NCBI GenBank assembly: GCA_038087875.1
Contig: CM075988.1
Span: 15,748,001-15,812,000, forward strand
Direction: 5' to 3'
Length of the DNA: 64,000 bases
Origin: Malacoraja senta
Lineage: Eukaryota
In this document: in pieces, positions 40,201-52,899 of the stretch
Layout of the letters: every line of letters begins with the position of its first letter
How positions within the stretch are numbered: position 1 is the first letter of the stretch
Notes under the pieces: model-generated
What the model was told of the DNA's origin: nothing
Seen by the model: the letters and a program-made list of their open reading frames with translations, nothing else
The model's database searches: none
Translations under genes and position numbers: made by a program

Positions 40201-41060
40201 AAGTTCAGCGGCACGTGCGTTCTCCGGTGCAGGAGTTCGAGGTTCCCACGGCCGGTTGCTGCACGTTCATGTCGACCTGGTGGGCCCGTTGCCGCCGTCC
40301 CGCGGCGCTACATACCTGCTCATCATAGTGGACCGTTTCACGTGGTGGCCGGAGGCAATCCCGTTCGCAGATACCTCCGCCGTGGCTTGCGCTCGGGCCC
40401 CAGCGACCCACTGGATTGCCCGGTTCGGGGTGCCGTCCGACCGGGGGTCCCAGTTCACCTCTGCCTTGTGGTCTTTCCTGGCCCAGCTCTATGACAACCG
40501 GTTGCATCATACAACCGCCTACCACCCGCAGGCTAATGGGCTGGTTGAACGTTTTCATCGGCACCTCAAATCGGCGCTGAAGGCTCGGCTCACGGACCCG
40601 GACTGGGAGGACTAGTTGCCGTGGGTCCTCCTCGGCATCCGCACCGCCCCTAAGGAAGATTTGGCTGTTTCCTCCGCTGAGCTGGTGAACGGTTCGGCCC
40701 TGCAAGTGCCCGGGGATTTTCTCCCCGCTGCCCGCGGCCAGGCAGCTTCAGCCCCGGCGTTGCTGGCGAGACTCCAGGAACGGGTGAGCACATTGGCCAT
40801 CGTTCCCACTTCCTGGCACGGTTCGCCTGCGGTGCATGTGTCGGCGGTTTTGCAAAAATGTGCCTATGTTTTTATCCGCAGGGACGCCCACCGCTTGCCC
40901 TTGCAGTGAGTTAATGAGGGGCCATTCCGGGTGCTGCGTTCCGGCGTCACCACTTTCACTGTGGACATGGGAGGCCGGAAGGAGTTCGTCTCCGTCGGCT
41001 GTTTCAAGCCTGCCCACGTGGATATGGACAGTCCAGTGGTGGTCGCCTTGCCCCGACATA
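37268..41060 (+). pseudogene. gag-pol of the Gypsy element, disrupted
   Basis: Consecutive ORF fragments 37262-37795, 37687-37893, 38047-38679, 38618-39010, 39014-39280, 39390-40328, 39977-40615, 40616-40909 carry gag, PR, RT, RH and IN motifs in order. Confidence 0.9.
37280..37376 (+). repeat. 21-bp tandem repeat (~4.6 copies, MQDAAGD) in gag N-terminus
   Basis: ATGCAAGACGCCGCAGGGGAC at 37280, 37301, 37322, 37343, partial at 37364. Confidence 0.95.
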
Positions 41061-42093
41061 CAATACTTACCTTCAGCGGCGCTGCAATTCTGCCACTGGC
41101 CGTGTGCGCGATTTTGGCGCCTTTGAGGGGGGGGGGCGGGGTTAAAACACGGGTTTCTCCTACCTTGTCCTGTATTATATTTCGTTGGAGTACCAGCTTT
41201 TGCGGAAGAATCGTTCCGAGGGGCGTTTTGAGTATTTTGTTTTTAAAATCTCCCGACAATTTCAGCGCTGAAGTCATTTTAAAATCAGCTTCTGAAGCCG
41301 TCAACGCCGACAACGGGGACGGATTTCACACACGGGACAGGTAAACGAAAGTAGTTTATTTTTATGTATAAACGTTCTCCTTAAGAGGCCTTTAATTCAC
41401 ATTTTTACATGCGAAACGGTGATTCTTTTCCCCGAACTAACGGCAATAATTTTCATGCCGATACGGGGTTAAATTCACTGCAAATCAACGTTCCAAATGA
41501 TCGCGTTCCAGAAATCCCCATTCGCAAGATGATATAAATGCCCATTAATTTACAGGTATTAAACATTAAATTTCTTCCATTTGGCCTATAAATCCATGAC
41601 AATGAGATTAAAAAATTATGTTATATTGTGAATTCTTGTGTGAATGTTATTTGGACACATAGGCTATTAAAAAATGTTAATCTATTCTTAAGAAATTGAT
41701 AGATATTTAGATCTAGTAATTGAATTTTGTAATTAGCTACAATTAGGTAACTAACTAATTATATGCTTTAATTTCATGTCATCTAAGTAAGATTGTTTCA
41801 TATTTGTTTCAGAATGCTTCAATCTATAATAACTGAAAATTTCTTTCAGTTCTCTTAATTTTTAAGAAAGTTACGGGCTTTTGACTGTCCTCGATCACAG
41901 CTTTTGTGTTAAGTCAATGGAAAAGCAATAGGGAACAAGATGCTAATTTCCGAGTATGAAAATGGCCATAACTTTTTTAATACTGAAGATATGAAAGTGA
42001 ACTAGGTGTCAAATTAAACTTCTTTTTATGCTTTATCTGATGGGATAAATTACAGACTTTATTTTTAAAATCTCAAAATTTTGTAACATTGCT
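41061..42093. mobile_element. Unclassified ~1.03 kb AT-rich element nested in the Gypsy integrase C-terminus
   Basis: Flanked by direct repeat ACATA (41056-41060, 42094-42098); removing it restores CCCCGACATAGAGGTCGTCCG (PRHRGRP). Confidence 0.75.
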
Positions 42094-42308
42094 ACATAGA
42101 GGTCGTCCGCCGGCTGTTCCGCCTGCACCGAGTGTGCCTGTTTCCCCCGACCCTGTAGTTCCTGTTCTTTCCGCCCCGTTACCTGATCCCGGCCTTCTTC
42201 CGCCGGTCCCCAGTGTTACGCCCGCCCCGCCTACGCTGACCATGCCTTCTGGTCATCGCATCCGGTCCCCGCTCGGTTCCCTACCTCGGGTTCTGGGGGG
42301 GGGGGTCC

Positions 42309-42541
42309 TGTAGCGTCACCTACTGGGGCCTTGAGGTATTCAAACCCTTCGATTGGCTACCTCGGACACGTGACCGTGGGGAGGGGTTTTTGCGCGCTTT
42401 TCTGGGCAAACCCATTCATTCTGTTCACCACCGTTGTGGTAGCGACACTGTTATTTAGTTGTCTTAAGACCATTGTTGTTTTCGTTTAACTTTCGTAATA
42501 AAGTTCTTTGGAAATCAATCCATGGTCTCGACTCCGCTAGA
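42309..42541 (+). repeat. 3' LTR
   Basis: Preceded by PPT; contains AATAAA (TATAAA in the 5' LTR); followed by TSD CTAC. Confidence 0.92.
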
Positions 42542-42596
42542 CTACTATGCAAACATTGGCTGCCATGTTTCCTACATTACAATGTTAACTACTCTT

Positions 42597-43228
42597 CCAG
42601 TCGCGGAGCCTGCGGACTACTCACCATCGTGGACCTGGCCGAGTTCGGAGTGTGGAGAGCTGTGGTGGCGCGCGGCTGTGACCTGACCCCGGAGATTCGG
42701 AAGCTCCAGCCGCCGGCCCGATGGACAGTAACATCGGGAACTCGCGGGTCCTTGGTGGGAGACCGCTTTTCGGGGCTCCCGCAACGGCAACTTCTCCCGC
42801 CCGAGTTGCGGGGTTGAGGATGGCCTGGAGCAGGGTCTAACATCGCCCGGCAAGGCTTTAAATGGCCGCTGGACTTGCTGGCGCTACCGGGGGCTCCAAC
42901 ATCAAGACCCGGAGCGCGGCCTTGCATCGCCCGGCGCGGCCTGAATGGGGGCTCCAACATCAAGAGCCTCGATCAGCTCGATGCAGCAGTTTGACTGCTT
43001 GACTGCGGGAGAAGAATAAAGAACAGAGAACAGGGAAGAGATAAGACTTTTGCCTTCCATCACAGTGAGGAGGTGTTTGGAGATTCACTGTGATGGATGT
43101 TTGTGTGGAATTGTGTTAATTGTGTGGGTTTTGTTTGGTTTTTTTGTTGCTGTTATGACTGCAGGAATGAAATTTCGTTGAACCTTGGTGTTAAATGACA
43201 ATAAATGGCATTCTAAATTCTAAATTCA
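42597..43228 (+). mobile_element. GC-rich non-autonomous retroposon with LINE-type tail
   Basis: CpG-rich body with internal repeat GGGGCTCCAACATCAAGA x2; ends AATTTCGTTG...ATGACAATAAA plus (ATTCTAA)n. Confidence 0.5.
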
Positions 43229-44287
43229 CTGCATGATCGTAGTGAAGCGCATAGTAAGTTCCCAAAGGTATGAAAGACGCTACAGGAATCAAATTGTTAT
43301 TTTCAATGCAGCAAGTATGTACTGGGCCTGCAGTCACTGTGGAATCTTGAATGTGATCAATATTGAACAAAAATGGTGGTACAGTTGAAGTCATTTCCTT
43401 CTCAATCATTGTTTCTATATGATGAACCAGTTTAAATGTTAAACTCCCAGATTTATTTTACCTAGGCTGTTGGAAGAGTGTTTTCTGATCAATGTAGTCC
43501 TCTCCCTCAATGAACAGCCAGTGTCCACATCACAAACAGCATAGGGTTTCATCGATCCTCAGGGAGAGTTTCATCTTGGATCTTAAGAACAAAACAAGAA
43601 TTTTAACAGACTCAATCTTCCTTTAACATATTAGTCTGTCTGCTCCTACACTGTAGAAACATAGAAACATGGAAAATAGGTGTAGGAGTAGGCCATTTCG
43701 CCCTTCGAGCCAGCACTGTCATTCAATATAATCATGGCTGATAATCCAAAATCAGTACCCCGTTCCGGCTTTTCCCCCATATCCCTTGATTCTCTTAGTC
43801 ATAAGAGCTACTGTAAATCTAACTCTCTCTTGAAAGCCACGCAGGCAAAAAACAGCCACTGGAAGTGGGCAGACTTCTTCTCGTCGAATAGATCCCGTCT
43901 GCACTGAATCAGCCCTGCCCACATTATATTTGCCAAACAGGGAATGGTGAGCCAATGTCCATTTTGAACAAACCTGCCCATGTTGAATAGGTCCCAGCCT
44001 CACTGAAAACCACTGCCTACAAGTTAGATAGGGCTCTTAAAGATAGCGGAGTCAATGGATATGGGGAGAAGGCAGGAAGGGGTTATGATTGTGGATGATC
44101 AGCCATGATCACAGTGAATGGCGGTGCTGGCTTGAAGGGCCGAATGGCCTACTCCTGCACCAATTGTCTATTGTCTATTGTCCATTGTCTATTATCTAAA
44201 GTATAGGCCACATAAATATTAAATAAAGATCTTCCTTAAATGCAATTCCCTTAAAAAAGCAGAAATTAAGAGTAAGGTTGATTCTTA

Positions 44288-45302
44288 GTGAATGGGGATA
44301 CCGTGGATAGGTTGAGCTACTTTAAATACCTGGGAGTCCATATCTCAGAGGATCTGACATGGACATCACACGCTGCCGCACTGGTGAGTAAGGTAAGGCA
44401 GCGCCTTTACCACCTCAGGCAGCTGAGGAAATTCAGAGTCTCTCGGAAGTTCCTCCAGTGCTTCTACTCAGCGGCTTTAGAAAGCATCTTGTCTGGAAAC
44501 ATCACAATCTGGTTTGGGAACTGCGCTGCCCAGGACAAGAAGGCTCTGCAGAGAGTAGAGCGTTCGGCCAAACGCACTATGGGAACTACACTCGCCCCTG
44601 TGCAGGAAATATACCACAGAAGGTGCAGATCCAGAGCCAGCAACATTATTGGGGACCCCTTCCACCCCAGCTGCTACGGTCAGGCAAACGCCTCCGCTGT
44701 CATGCTGTGAAAACAGAGAGGATGAGAAGGAGTTTCTTCCCAGAGGCCATTAGGACTGTAAACTCTTATCTCACCAGGGACTAACTTAAAGCCCTGTCCC
44801 ACTGTACGAGTTCATTCAAGAATTCTCCCGAGTTTGCCCTGATTCGAACTCGGAGATTTACGGTAATGGCCGCTCGTAGGTACTCGGGGCTCTCGTGGAC
44901 ATTTTTCAACATGTTAAAAAATCTTCACGAGTCTTCCCGAGCTTACCACGTTTCCCGAGTACCTGCCGTTAGCATTACGAGCTGTTAAGAGACGTCCCCG
45001 AGCTCCGACGTACCCGCTATGTACATTCTACGTGCTTCCACGAGTTTGATTTTTTTTTTAAACTCGGGAGTGCTCTTGAATGAACTCGTACAGTGGGACA
45101 CGGCTATTACTGTACCAATTTACTGTTGTGTTGTGTCTTTTTGAAATTGCTTGGGGGGGGGGGGGGTTCTCACAAATATGTAATTACTGATTCTGTTCTA
45201 TTCTGTTTTGTAGTTTTTTCTTGCTCAATTCGCATGCATTGCCACTTCTCATTTCACTGCACATCTCGTATGCGTATGTGACAAATAAACTTGACTTGAC
45301 TT
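44288..45302 (+). mobile_element. Rex1/Babar-like LINE 3' end interrupted by a MITE
   Basis: VDRLSYFKYLGVHISEDLTWTSH...QRLYHLRQLRKF...FYSAALESILSGNITIWFGN...ALQRV...RRSFFPEAIR; tail TGACAAATAAACTTGACTTGACTTG. Confidence 0.8.
44791..45104. mobile_element. MITE with long TIRs (Harbinger-like CTGTCCCACT termini)
   Basis: GCCCTGTCCCACTGTACGAGTTCATTCAAGA...TCTTGAATGAACTCGTACAGTGGGACACGGC. Confidence 0.8.
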
Positions 45303-45519
45303 GGCACGTGACCTCCAATTTAACAGGGTCCAGCATTGGCCAATACAATATTGAAATATAGTTGTCACGAAACTCAAGTGTGGTGCTAGAGACTGGGCAG
45401 GACATACTTTTCCTTTTGCCTTTTCTGTTTCTTCACCATTAGTAGCCCTACCTTCAGTTTAGCAGGCTCTAAGCTCAGTAAATTCTTCCCTAAATTTCTC
45501 TGCCCTAATTACTCCAATC

Positions 45520-46075
45520 AGAGATAGCCAACATGGTTTTGTCAGGGGCAGAGCTTGCCTTACTAATTTAATTGAATTCTTTGAAAAGGTAACTAAGTGT
45601 ATAAATGAAGGCAGGAAATTGATGTAATTACATGGATTTTAGTAAAGCGATTGATAAAGTCCAACATGGGAAACTAGTTCAAAAGATTAGGGACCATAGG
45701 ATCCAGGACAAGTTGGTAAAGTGGATCCAAAATTAGCCGAGCAATAGGAGATAGATAGAGAGTTGTTTTAGCGATTCATTGCCTGTATCACGTGGTGTCC
45801 CACTATTAATGTTGGGACCCTTGATATTTTCTAATGTACATGAATGACTTGGATGTGGATATGGGGGGCAAGACCAGTAAGTTCATGAATAAAGTCATTG
45901 GGTACTTTTATGTGGAGATTAACAGATACCTGATTGGTAAGGGTGTCAGGGATTATGGGGAGAAAGCTGGAGAATGGAGTTGAGAGTGAAAGATAGATTA
46001 GCCATGATTGAATGGCGGAAGTAGGCCGGATGGGCTGAATGGCCTACTTCCGGTCCTACGACTTATGATCTTATG
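45520..46075 (+). mobile_element. Degenerate CR1 LINE fragments
   Basis: RDSQHGFV.GR.CLTNLIEFFEKVT...DVIYMDFSKA.DKV.HGKLVQKI remnants and CR1 3' tail. Confidence 0.75.
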
Positions 46076-46189
46076 AATTGCTTAGGCATAGTGGGCATGT
46101 ACTAAGTGCTGGGTGATGGGGATAATATGGAAATGTGCCCGTTAGCTGGCTTGGAACAAATTACCTGTTCCATGTTGCATGATTCTATA

Positions 46190-46198
46190 AGAGAGGGG

Positions 46199-46272
<74 letters not shown>

Positions 46273-46278
46273 GGAGAG
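46190..46278. repeat. (GA)n microsatellite
   Basis: Direct reading. Confidence 0.98.
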
Positions 46279-47937
46279 TGAATGAGAATCTAACCACTGG
46301 CAAGCTATGTATGCCATTTTGTCCAACGGAGTGACGGAACTGCTGGACTATCCTCTGATCAGGGAACTAGTCACTGATTGTAGTGGGGTAGGATTTGACA
46401 ACCTGGTTAGAAAACAGTGAATTGCAGGAGAGAATAATAAACTCATTTTAAAAACGGAGGGAGAAATAAATGAACTATGGCCGTTGGCTGAGAGCCCAGA
46501 GGTTATAAGGGAAACAGGAGGAACACAGACTGCACCAGGTTAAAATGTCAGCATTGCAGTACTGCCATGCTGCCACAGGAGGGGGATGCAGTGAATTTTC
46601 CAATTTCTAGTAACTGGTACAGTATTCCTTTCAAACTTGCACCAGTCCTCTCTGTTTCCCTCTCCCTTTGTTCACTTTTTTCCGTCCCTTCCTCTCCTCC
46701 ACCCAGCTACATCTGCCCATTGTTTCCCATCCTCCCCATCTGGTACAACCCACCAGCTCTGGCCCCCCACAACCCCCCACCCCCCACCCCCTTCCCGCCG
46801 CCCTGCACTCCTATATACTGCCCATCTATCCTCTTCCCACCAGCGCTGATGTAGGGCCTTGGCCTGAAACGTCAGCACATCCTTTTTGCCCCACAGATGC
46901 TGATTGACCCACTGAGTTCTCCCAACAGTTTATTTTTTGCTCCAGGTGCCAACATCTGCAGCCTCGTGTCTCCAGTAACTGATGCATCTGGACTGATCGC
47001 GGCTCTGTGTACTTCCACTACCTTCCACATCTATTTATAAATTAGCATGTGTCATATAATCCTGAACATTTTAGCATTTATTCGATAGCCAGCCCAGCAC
47101 AAGAACCTACAATGTTTCCCAAAGCTGACCAAACACAAACCAAACTTATAGTGAGGACCCACTGGAGATGGATGGGGCAAAACTATAAGGTTGTCCCTTA
47201 TACACAATTCACTGAAAACAAGCATGCTGGTACAGTATGCCATTGGAAAGTCAAATGGTATGTAGGATGTTATAAAGAGAGGATTTGAGTACAGGAGCAA
47301 ACATAATTGCAGTTCTAAAGAGCCTTGGTGAGACTGCCTCTAGAGTACTGTGTACTGGTTTGAAGAATCATCGAGTGATACAGCATAGAAACAGGCCATT
47401 CGGACTGTACTAATCTCATCACGTTAGGCTGGGCCTGGTTCCGTAACTGGAATGCCCAGAAATAAAGGAGGCTGCAGAAAGTGGTAGACATTGCCTGTCC
47501 ATCACAGGTACTGATCTCCCCACTTTTGAAAGGATTTACATGAGCTGTTAAAAGGCAGCTAATATCAGCAAAGATCCACGTCACGTTGGCCATGGTCTCA
47601 TTTCACCACCACCAACGGGAAGAAACTACAGGAGCCTGAGAACCATGACCTCCAGGTTCAAGTACAGCTTCTTCCCAGTAACACCAGGCTCTTAAACTCT
47701 ACATAACACTAACCACAACCCTACCTCAGCAACTATGATCTAATATTAACTTTGCTTTGGTTGCACTATATATTTAGATTTTGCATTATTATGGTCAGTT
47801 AATTAGTATTACTGATTATTAATTTATAGTATTACTGATTATTGTATATTTATTTGTGTGTTATTATGTTAATGTACCTGTAAAGCTGCAGCAAATAAGA
47901 ATTTAATTGTTCCATTGCTGGTACATAAAATTTTATG

Positions 47938-48415
47938 AGCCTGTCCCACTTCGGCGATTTTTTCGGCGACTGCCGGCGATTGTCATAGTTGTAGCAGGTT
48001 GCCGATAAACCGGCGACTGGACCCCCTTTACGACAATGTCTACGAAAATGTCTACAACAACCTACCCCACCAAGTCGACGTGAAGCTAAGGCAAGCTACC
48101 GACAACCGGCAACCCATTAGGATGTCCACCTACGACCACACCTACGACAACCTACGCCCACCCGCGACAAGCTACGACAAGGTAAGACAATTCAGTCGCC
48201 GGTTGACGTAGGTAGTCGCTAATGGAATTCACCCAAGTCAGCACCGGCGACAACCTACATCATCTTGGCGACAGCACCTACGTCAGGCTACCAGAAAAAA
48301 GTTACGACTCTTTGGGCGACTGAGGAGACCACACAGGCGACACCCCGGCGACCATGAGGCGACAGCTTAGTGTCCTGTAGTTGCCTAAATAATCGCCTAA
48401 GTGGGACAGGCCCTT
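47938..48415. mobile_element. MITE, same family as 4230-4646
   Basis: GCCTGTCCCACTT...AAGTGGGACAGGCC TIRs; shared internal CCCAAGTCAGCACCGGC and CTACGAC repeats. Confidence 0.8.
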
Positions 48416-51052
48416 CACACTCCTAACTCTAGACTCATCTTCCAGCACTTGGCCTGTAGTCTTTCAGCCAACCCTTGGTGATTCAACTGCTCGTTGTCAC
48501 ATCTTTAATGCCATCAGTGACTTTCCTTCCATAACTCTCTTGGACGGTGTATTCCAGGTACTCACGATTCTCTGGGTGAAAAACACTTGCAGTATTTTGG
48601 AATGTAATTTTGAAGCCATGTTTACACTGATCATAGCTGTCACCTTATACCATCCAGTCATACCGTCAGTCTTTTGATTGATACACATGTTTTACTTTTG
48701 TTCCTTCAGGGGATCCTGCTCAGATCCCCTCTAAAACTCTTACTCCTAAATCTATGTCCTGCAGGTTTATATACCTCTGATATGAGGACTTTTTTTTTGC
48801 CTCTATCCTATGTGTTCCACTCATAATTTTATGTACCCTAATTATGGTCCCTTAACCTCCTCCACCACACGGAAAACAAAATGGACTCTCCAGCCTCTCC
48901 TCATAATTGAAATAATGCCCTAACTAGTGAAGGCCATGATCCCAAATGTCTTCTTAACCTTGTTATCTCCTTGCACTGCCACCTTTAAAGATGTTTGTTT
49001 CTTGTATACTGAGGTCCCTCTATTTCTCAGTACTCCCTAGGACTCTAGTACACTATTAGTACTCCAAAAATGCATCATCTCCTATCCATCAGGCATAAAC
49101 TCCATCTAACATTTCTCAGTCCATTTTACCAATGCATCAATAGACACCAAAGACCTCCCTCCACACAATGGCTCTGCAGCCAAGAATACCCTTTAACTAA
49201 AAAAGAAAGGGAATGGAATGAAGTTTCTTTGGACTGGTCATCATTTGCCCTAAGAGGTGAGTTTGAGTGGTCAAGGCCCAAATTCCCTGAAGTGAGTGAG
49301 AGGTGGTCTCATTCAAACTGATCAAAAGTTAACAGGGTTTGATACAACGAATGGATAGAGAATGTTTTCCATGAGTGTCGAGAACACGGGGTTGCAGTTT
49401 CAGAATAGGGTGGCAGTGTGACTCTTTTTGTATGTTTTATCCCTCTGCTACCAGAGATGCTGCAATTTCTTTTTTTGAATGTTTGAATGTTCTCCCTGTG
49501 ACTGTGTGGGTTTCCTCCCGGTTTTCTCCCACATCCCAAAGTCATACGGGTTTGTTGGTTAATTGGTCTCTATAAAATTGTCCATACTGTATAGAGAGTG
49601 GATGAGAAAGCGGGATAACAGAACTAGTGTGAGCGGGTGATGAATGGTCAGTGTGGAGGGCCTGTTTCCATACTGTATCTCTAAACTGAACTAAATGAAA
49701 GTAAAAAGCAGTAGGTTAGTTAGAATTGAGCAAAGAAGAAAAATCCTCAATGCAAAGGTCATAAACTTTTGCAATTCGGTGCCACAGAGAAGTTGGGAGT
49801 TGTGGAGTTTCAAATATTGAGTTCTTTTAAAACACTGAGTTGTAGATTTCTGGACAATAACCAAGTCGAGGGATGTGAGGATAGTGCAGGATGATGACAC
49901 TGTTGACAAGAATAACCCTGATCTTGATGAATGATGGTACAGTTTCAGAAAGCCAGCTGATTCATTCCTGCTCCTAATTCTTCTGTTCATATTGTAATCA
50001 ATTAACAATACAAACTGTACAATAATATTGTACAGCAATAATGACACGCTCCATATATACTTATTATAGATAGACACAAAGTGCTGGAGTAACTCAGTGG
50101 GTCAGGCAGCATCACTGGAGAAAGGAAGTCTGAAGTCTAAAGAAGTGTCTCGAACCGAAACGTCATCTATTCCTTTTCTCCAGAGATGCTGCCTGACCCA
50201 CAGAGTCACTCCAGCATTTTGTGTCTATCTTTGGTGTAAACCAGCATCCGCAACTCCTTCCTTTACTTATTATACTTACGTTCATTAGTACTGTTCAAAT
50301 TGCATACTAACATTTAAACCCTGTATTGTGCAGCTTATTCTATGATTAAACATTCTCTATCCTTGTGATATAGACATATTGGACATCTGAATTGTACATT
50401 ATTGTGGGAATATTGCAGATTGAGACTTTATATCCTGACTGTGGAGCTCCTCTCAAGCCAGTGCATGGGTTAAGTTGACTCCCATCAGTTTGCCACAGAT
50501 TAAGTTGCAGGTTTTCATAGATTCCTGTATGGACAAGTCTAGACATGAACAGGAGGGAACGGTTCTATTACTGAAGTGTTTCTCTGGTAACAAGTGGTCA
50601 CACAAACTGCAGCTGAATTACTCAGGCTCAACTGGAATGTTTATTTTATATGCAGGCTGCAACTTTTTTTTTTCTTTTCCATTTCCTCTTTCTAAGCAGT
50701 TGAGCATGTTATAAGACCAGAATCCGTAGCAGCCAATTAAAGAACGCCAAAGAACAGTGCATTTCCTACACCGTAGCAAAGTCACCAGCATATTAATCCC
50801 ATTTTAAGGCATTTGTGCCAAGAGTTGATCATCTTTTGTGTTTACAAGTTCCAAGCTCCCCCAACCAACATTACACTACAGCCCTTTAGAAAGAGTGCTC
50901 TTGTTCCTCTGAAGTACTGGTAACATAAGTTACTAAAGTGAGAAATAGGTGGCTGCAGCAAGTGATGAAGAGGGCAAATAGTATGTAAGCCTTTCTTGCA
51001 AGACAATTTTATGGTATGGTATGGTATGGTACCGAAGTATATAAGTCTTATT

Positions 51053-51382
51053 CTATAATAATAATAATAGATGGGATTTATATAGCGCCTTTCTAATACT
51101 CAAGGCGCTTTACATCGCATTATTCATTCACTCCTCAGTCACACTCGGTGGTGGTAAGCTACTTCTGTAGCCACAGCTGCCCTGGGGCAGACTGACGGAA
51201 GTGTGGCTGCTAATTTGCGCCTACGGCCCCTCCGACCACCACCAATCACTCACACACATTCACACGCAGGCAAAGGTGGGTGAAGTGTCTTGCCCAAGGA
51301 CACAAAGACAGTATGCACTCCAAGCGGGATTCGAACCGGCTACCTTCCGGTTGCCAGCCGAACACTTAGCCCATTGCGCCAT
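51053..51382 (-). mobile_element. tRNA-derived SINE with L2-type tail
   Basis: Minus strand: A box TGGCGCAATGG, B box GGTTCGAATCC, GTGTCCTTGGGCAAGACACTT core, TGTAAAGCGCCTTGAG...AAAGGCGCTATATAAAT tail and (TTA)n. Confidence 0.85.
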
Positions 51383-52899
51383 ACAGGGCCCTAGTGTGAT
51401 TGCACCTGGAGTAATGCATGCAGGTTTTGTCTATCTAAGAAAGATAGCTCTTGTGCCATGAAGACTGGTTCAATGGATGGTGGGTTTGCCTATGAAGAGA
51501 AGGTGTATTTTCTGGAGACTAGACATATGAGAGACCTCATTAAAATATACAACCTTTTTAAAGGGCAAAATAGTTAGATGCAAGGAGAATATTTATGCTG
51601 GCTGAGGAATGTGGAAGCAGGCACACAGTTTTAGAAGTCTGAAGAAGGGTTTTGCCCCGAAACGTTGCCTATTTCCTTTGCTCCATAGATGCTGCCTCAC
51701 CCGCTGAGTTTCTCCAGCCTTTTTGTCTACACACAGTTTTAGAACAAGGGAACTGTTTAGCACTGAGGTGGAGACTCATAATATAGAGAACCTTTAGAGG
51801 CAGCACATTTGTCATGGTCATTCGAGACAGAGACAATAAAGTATTGGACATTAAGGAAATTACGGGGTTATATGGAAAATGTTAGAAAATGGCACTGAGG
51901 AGAAGGGTAGCCACAATCGTGATGAATAATGGAGCAGGCTTAAAGGGTTGGACAGCTAATTATTTTTCCTATTTCTGATGTCATAATGAGATATATTGAT
52001 GTTCGTTGGAGGGCATAGCTGCGGGATACCTGGGAGAAAATGTCCACTTTTCTTGAAGTCATATTATGGGATCTGCACTTGAAAGGGCAACCAGGATGTG
52101 GTTTAACAGCTCATTTGAAAGAAAGTGCTGCCGAGAATGCACCACTCCTTGGAACTGCACTGGAAATCATTAATTATCCATTTGTGTCTTTTGAATGGGT
52201 CTTGAACTCTGAACCTTCTAATACAGAGATTTGACTGCATATCACTGGACCTCAGTTGGTATTGAAGCAATGGGGCCTTAGAATGGCCATTAAAGAATTT
52301 GGAAGAATGCAACAACAATCAACAAAGTCAACTGGGACCTGGTTCAATGGCATTGTAAGTATAGCTGACACAAGAGACTGCAGATGCTGAAATTTGGAGC
52401 AAAAAACAAACCCGAGTTCCTCCAGCAGTTTTTTTTTGCATTGGGTAAAGCAGCATCTGTGAAAGCAGAGGGATAGTCAATGTTTCGAGTTGAGACCCTG
52501 CATTAGGATTGCGAGTGTTGAGAGGGAATAGGTAATATATTGAGGTGAGGGGTAGGAGTGGGGCAGGAGCTGGCAGGGAATAGATTGATAGACACAAAGT
52601 GTTGGAGTAACTCAACGGGTCAGGCAACATCTCTGGAGAAAAAGGATAGGTGACGTTTCAAGTTGGACCCTTCTTCAGACCCCTATCCTTTTTCTCCAGA
52701 GATGCTGCCTGACCCGCCGAGTTACTCCAGCACTTTGTGTCTATCTTTGGTATAAGCTAGCTTCTGCAGTTCTTGGTTTCTACACAGGGAATAGATTGAA
52801 CCAGGTGAGGAGAAGAGTGGATCGGTGAAGGGAGCCAGGATGGGATAGGAAAGTGGGGAGGCTAAAGAGAAACCCCCTGTCACTGAAGCCATTTGAGAA

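Larger units (their letters stand above)
37007..42541 (+). mobile_element. Full-length decayed Ty3/Gypsy LTR retrotransposon, CsRN1-like lineage
   Basis: 233-bp LTRs 37007-37239 and 42309-42541 (TGTAGC...GCTA(A/G)A); 4-bp TSD CTAC (37003-37006, 42542-42545); PBS TGGTGACCCCGAC (tRNA-Trp) at 37241; G-rich PPT before 42309. Gag KLPVFWPEQPQVWFAHVEAQF with CFYH-X9-C motif, then PR (FLVDSSA), RT ([14 protein letters not shown]), RNase H (DAS, DRELLA, TDHKPL), integrase (HVDLVGPLP, SDRGSQF, NGLVERFHR), with stops and frameshifts. Confidence 0.95.

Noticed and set aside
37235-41313. Minus-strand ORFs across the Gypsy element
   Set aside because: Antisense shadows of GC-rich gag-pol.
51300-51382. tRNA-like sequence on the minus strand
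   Set aside because: It is the head of a SINE, continuing into core and LINE tail, not a tRNA gene.
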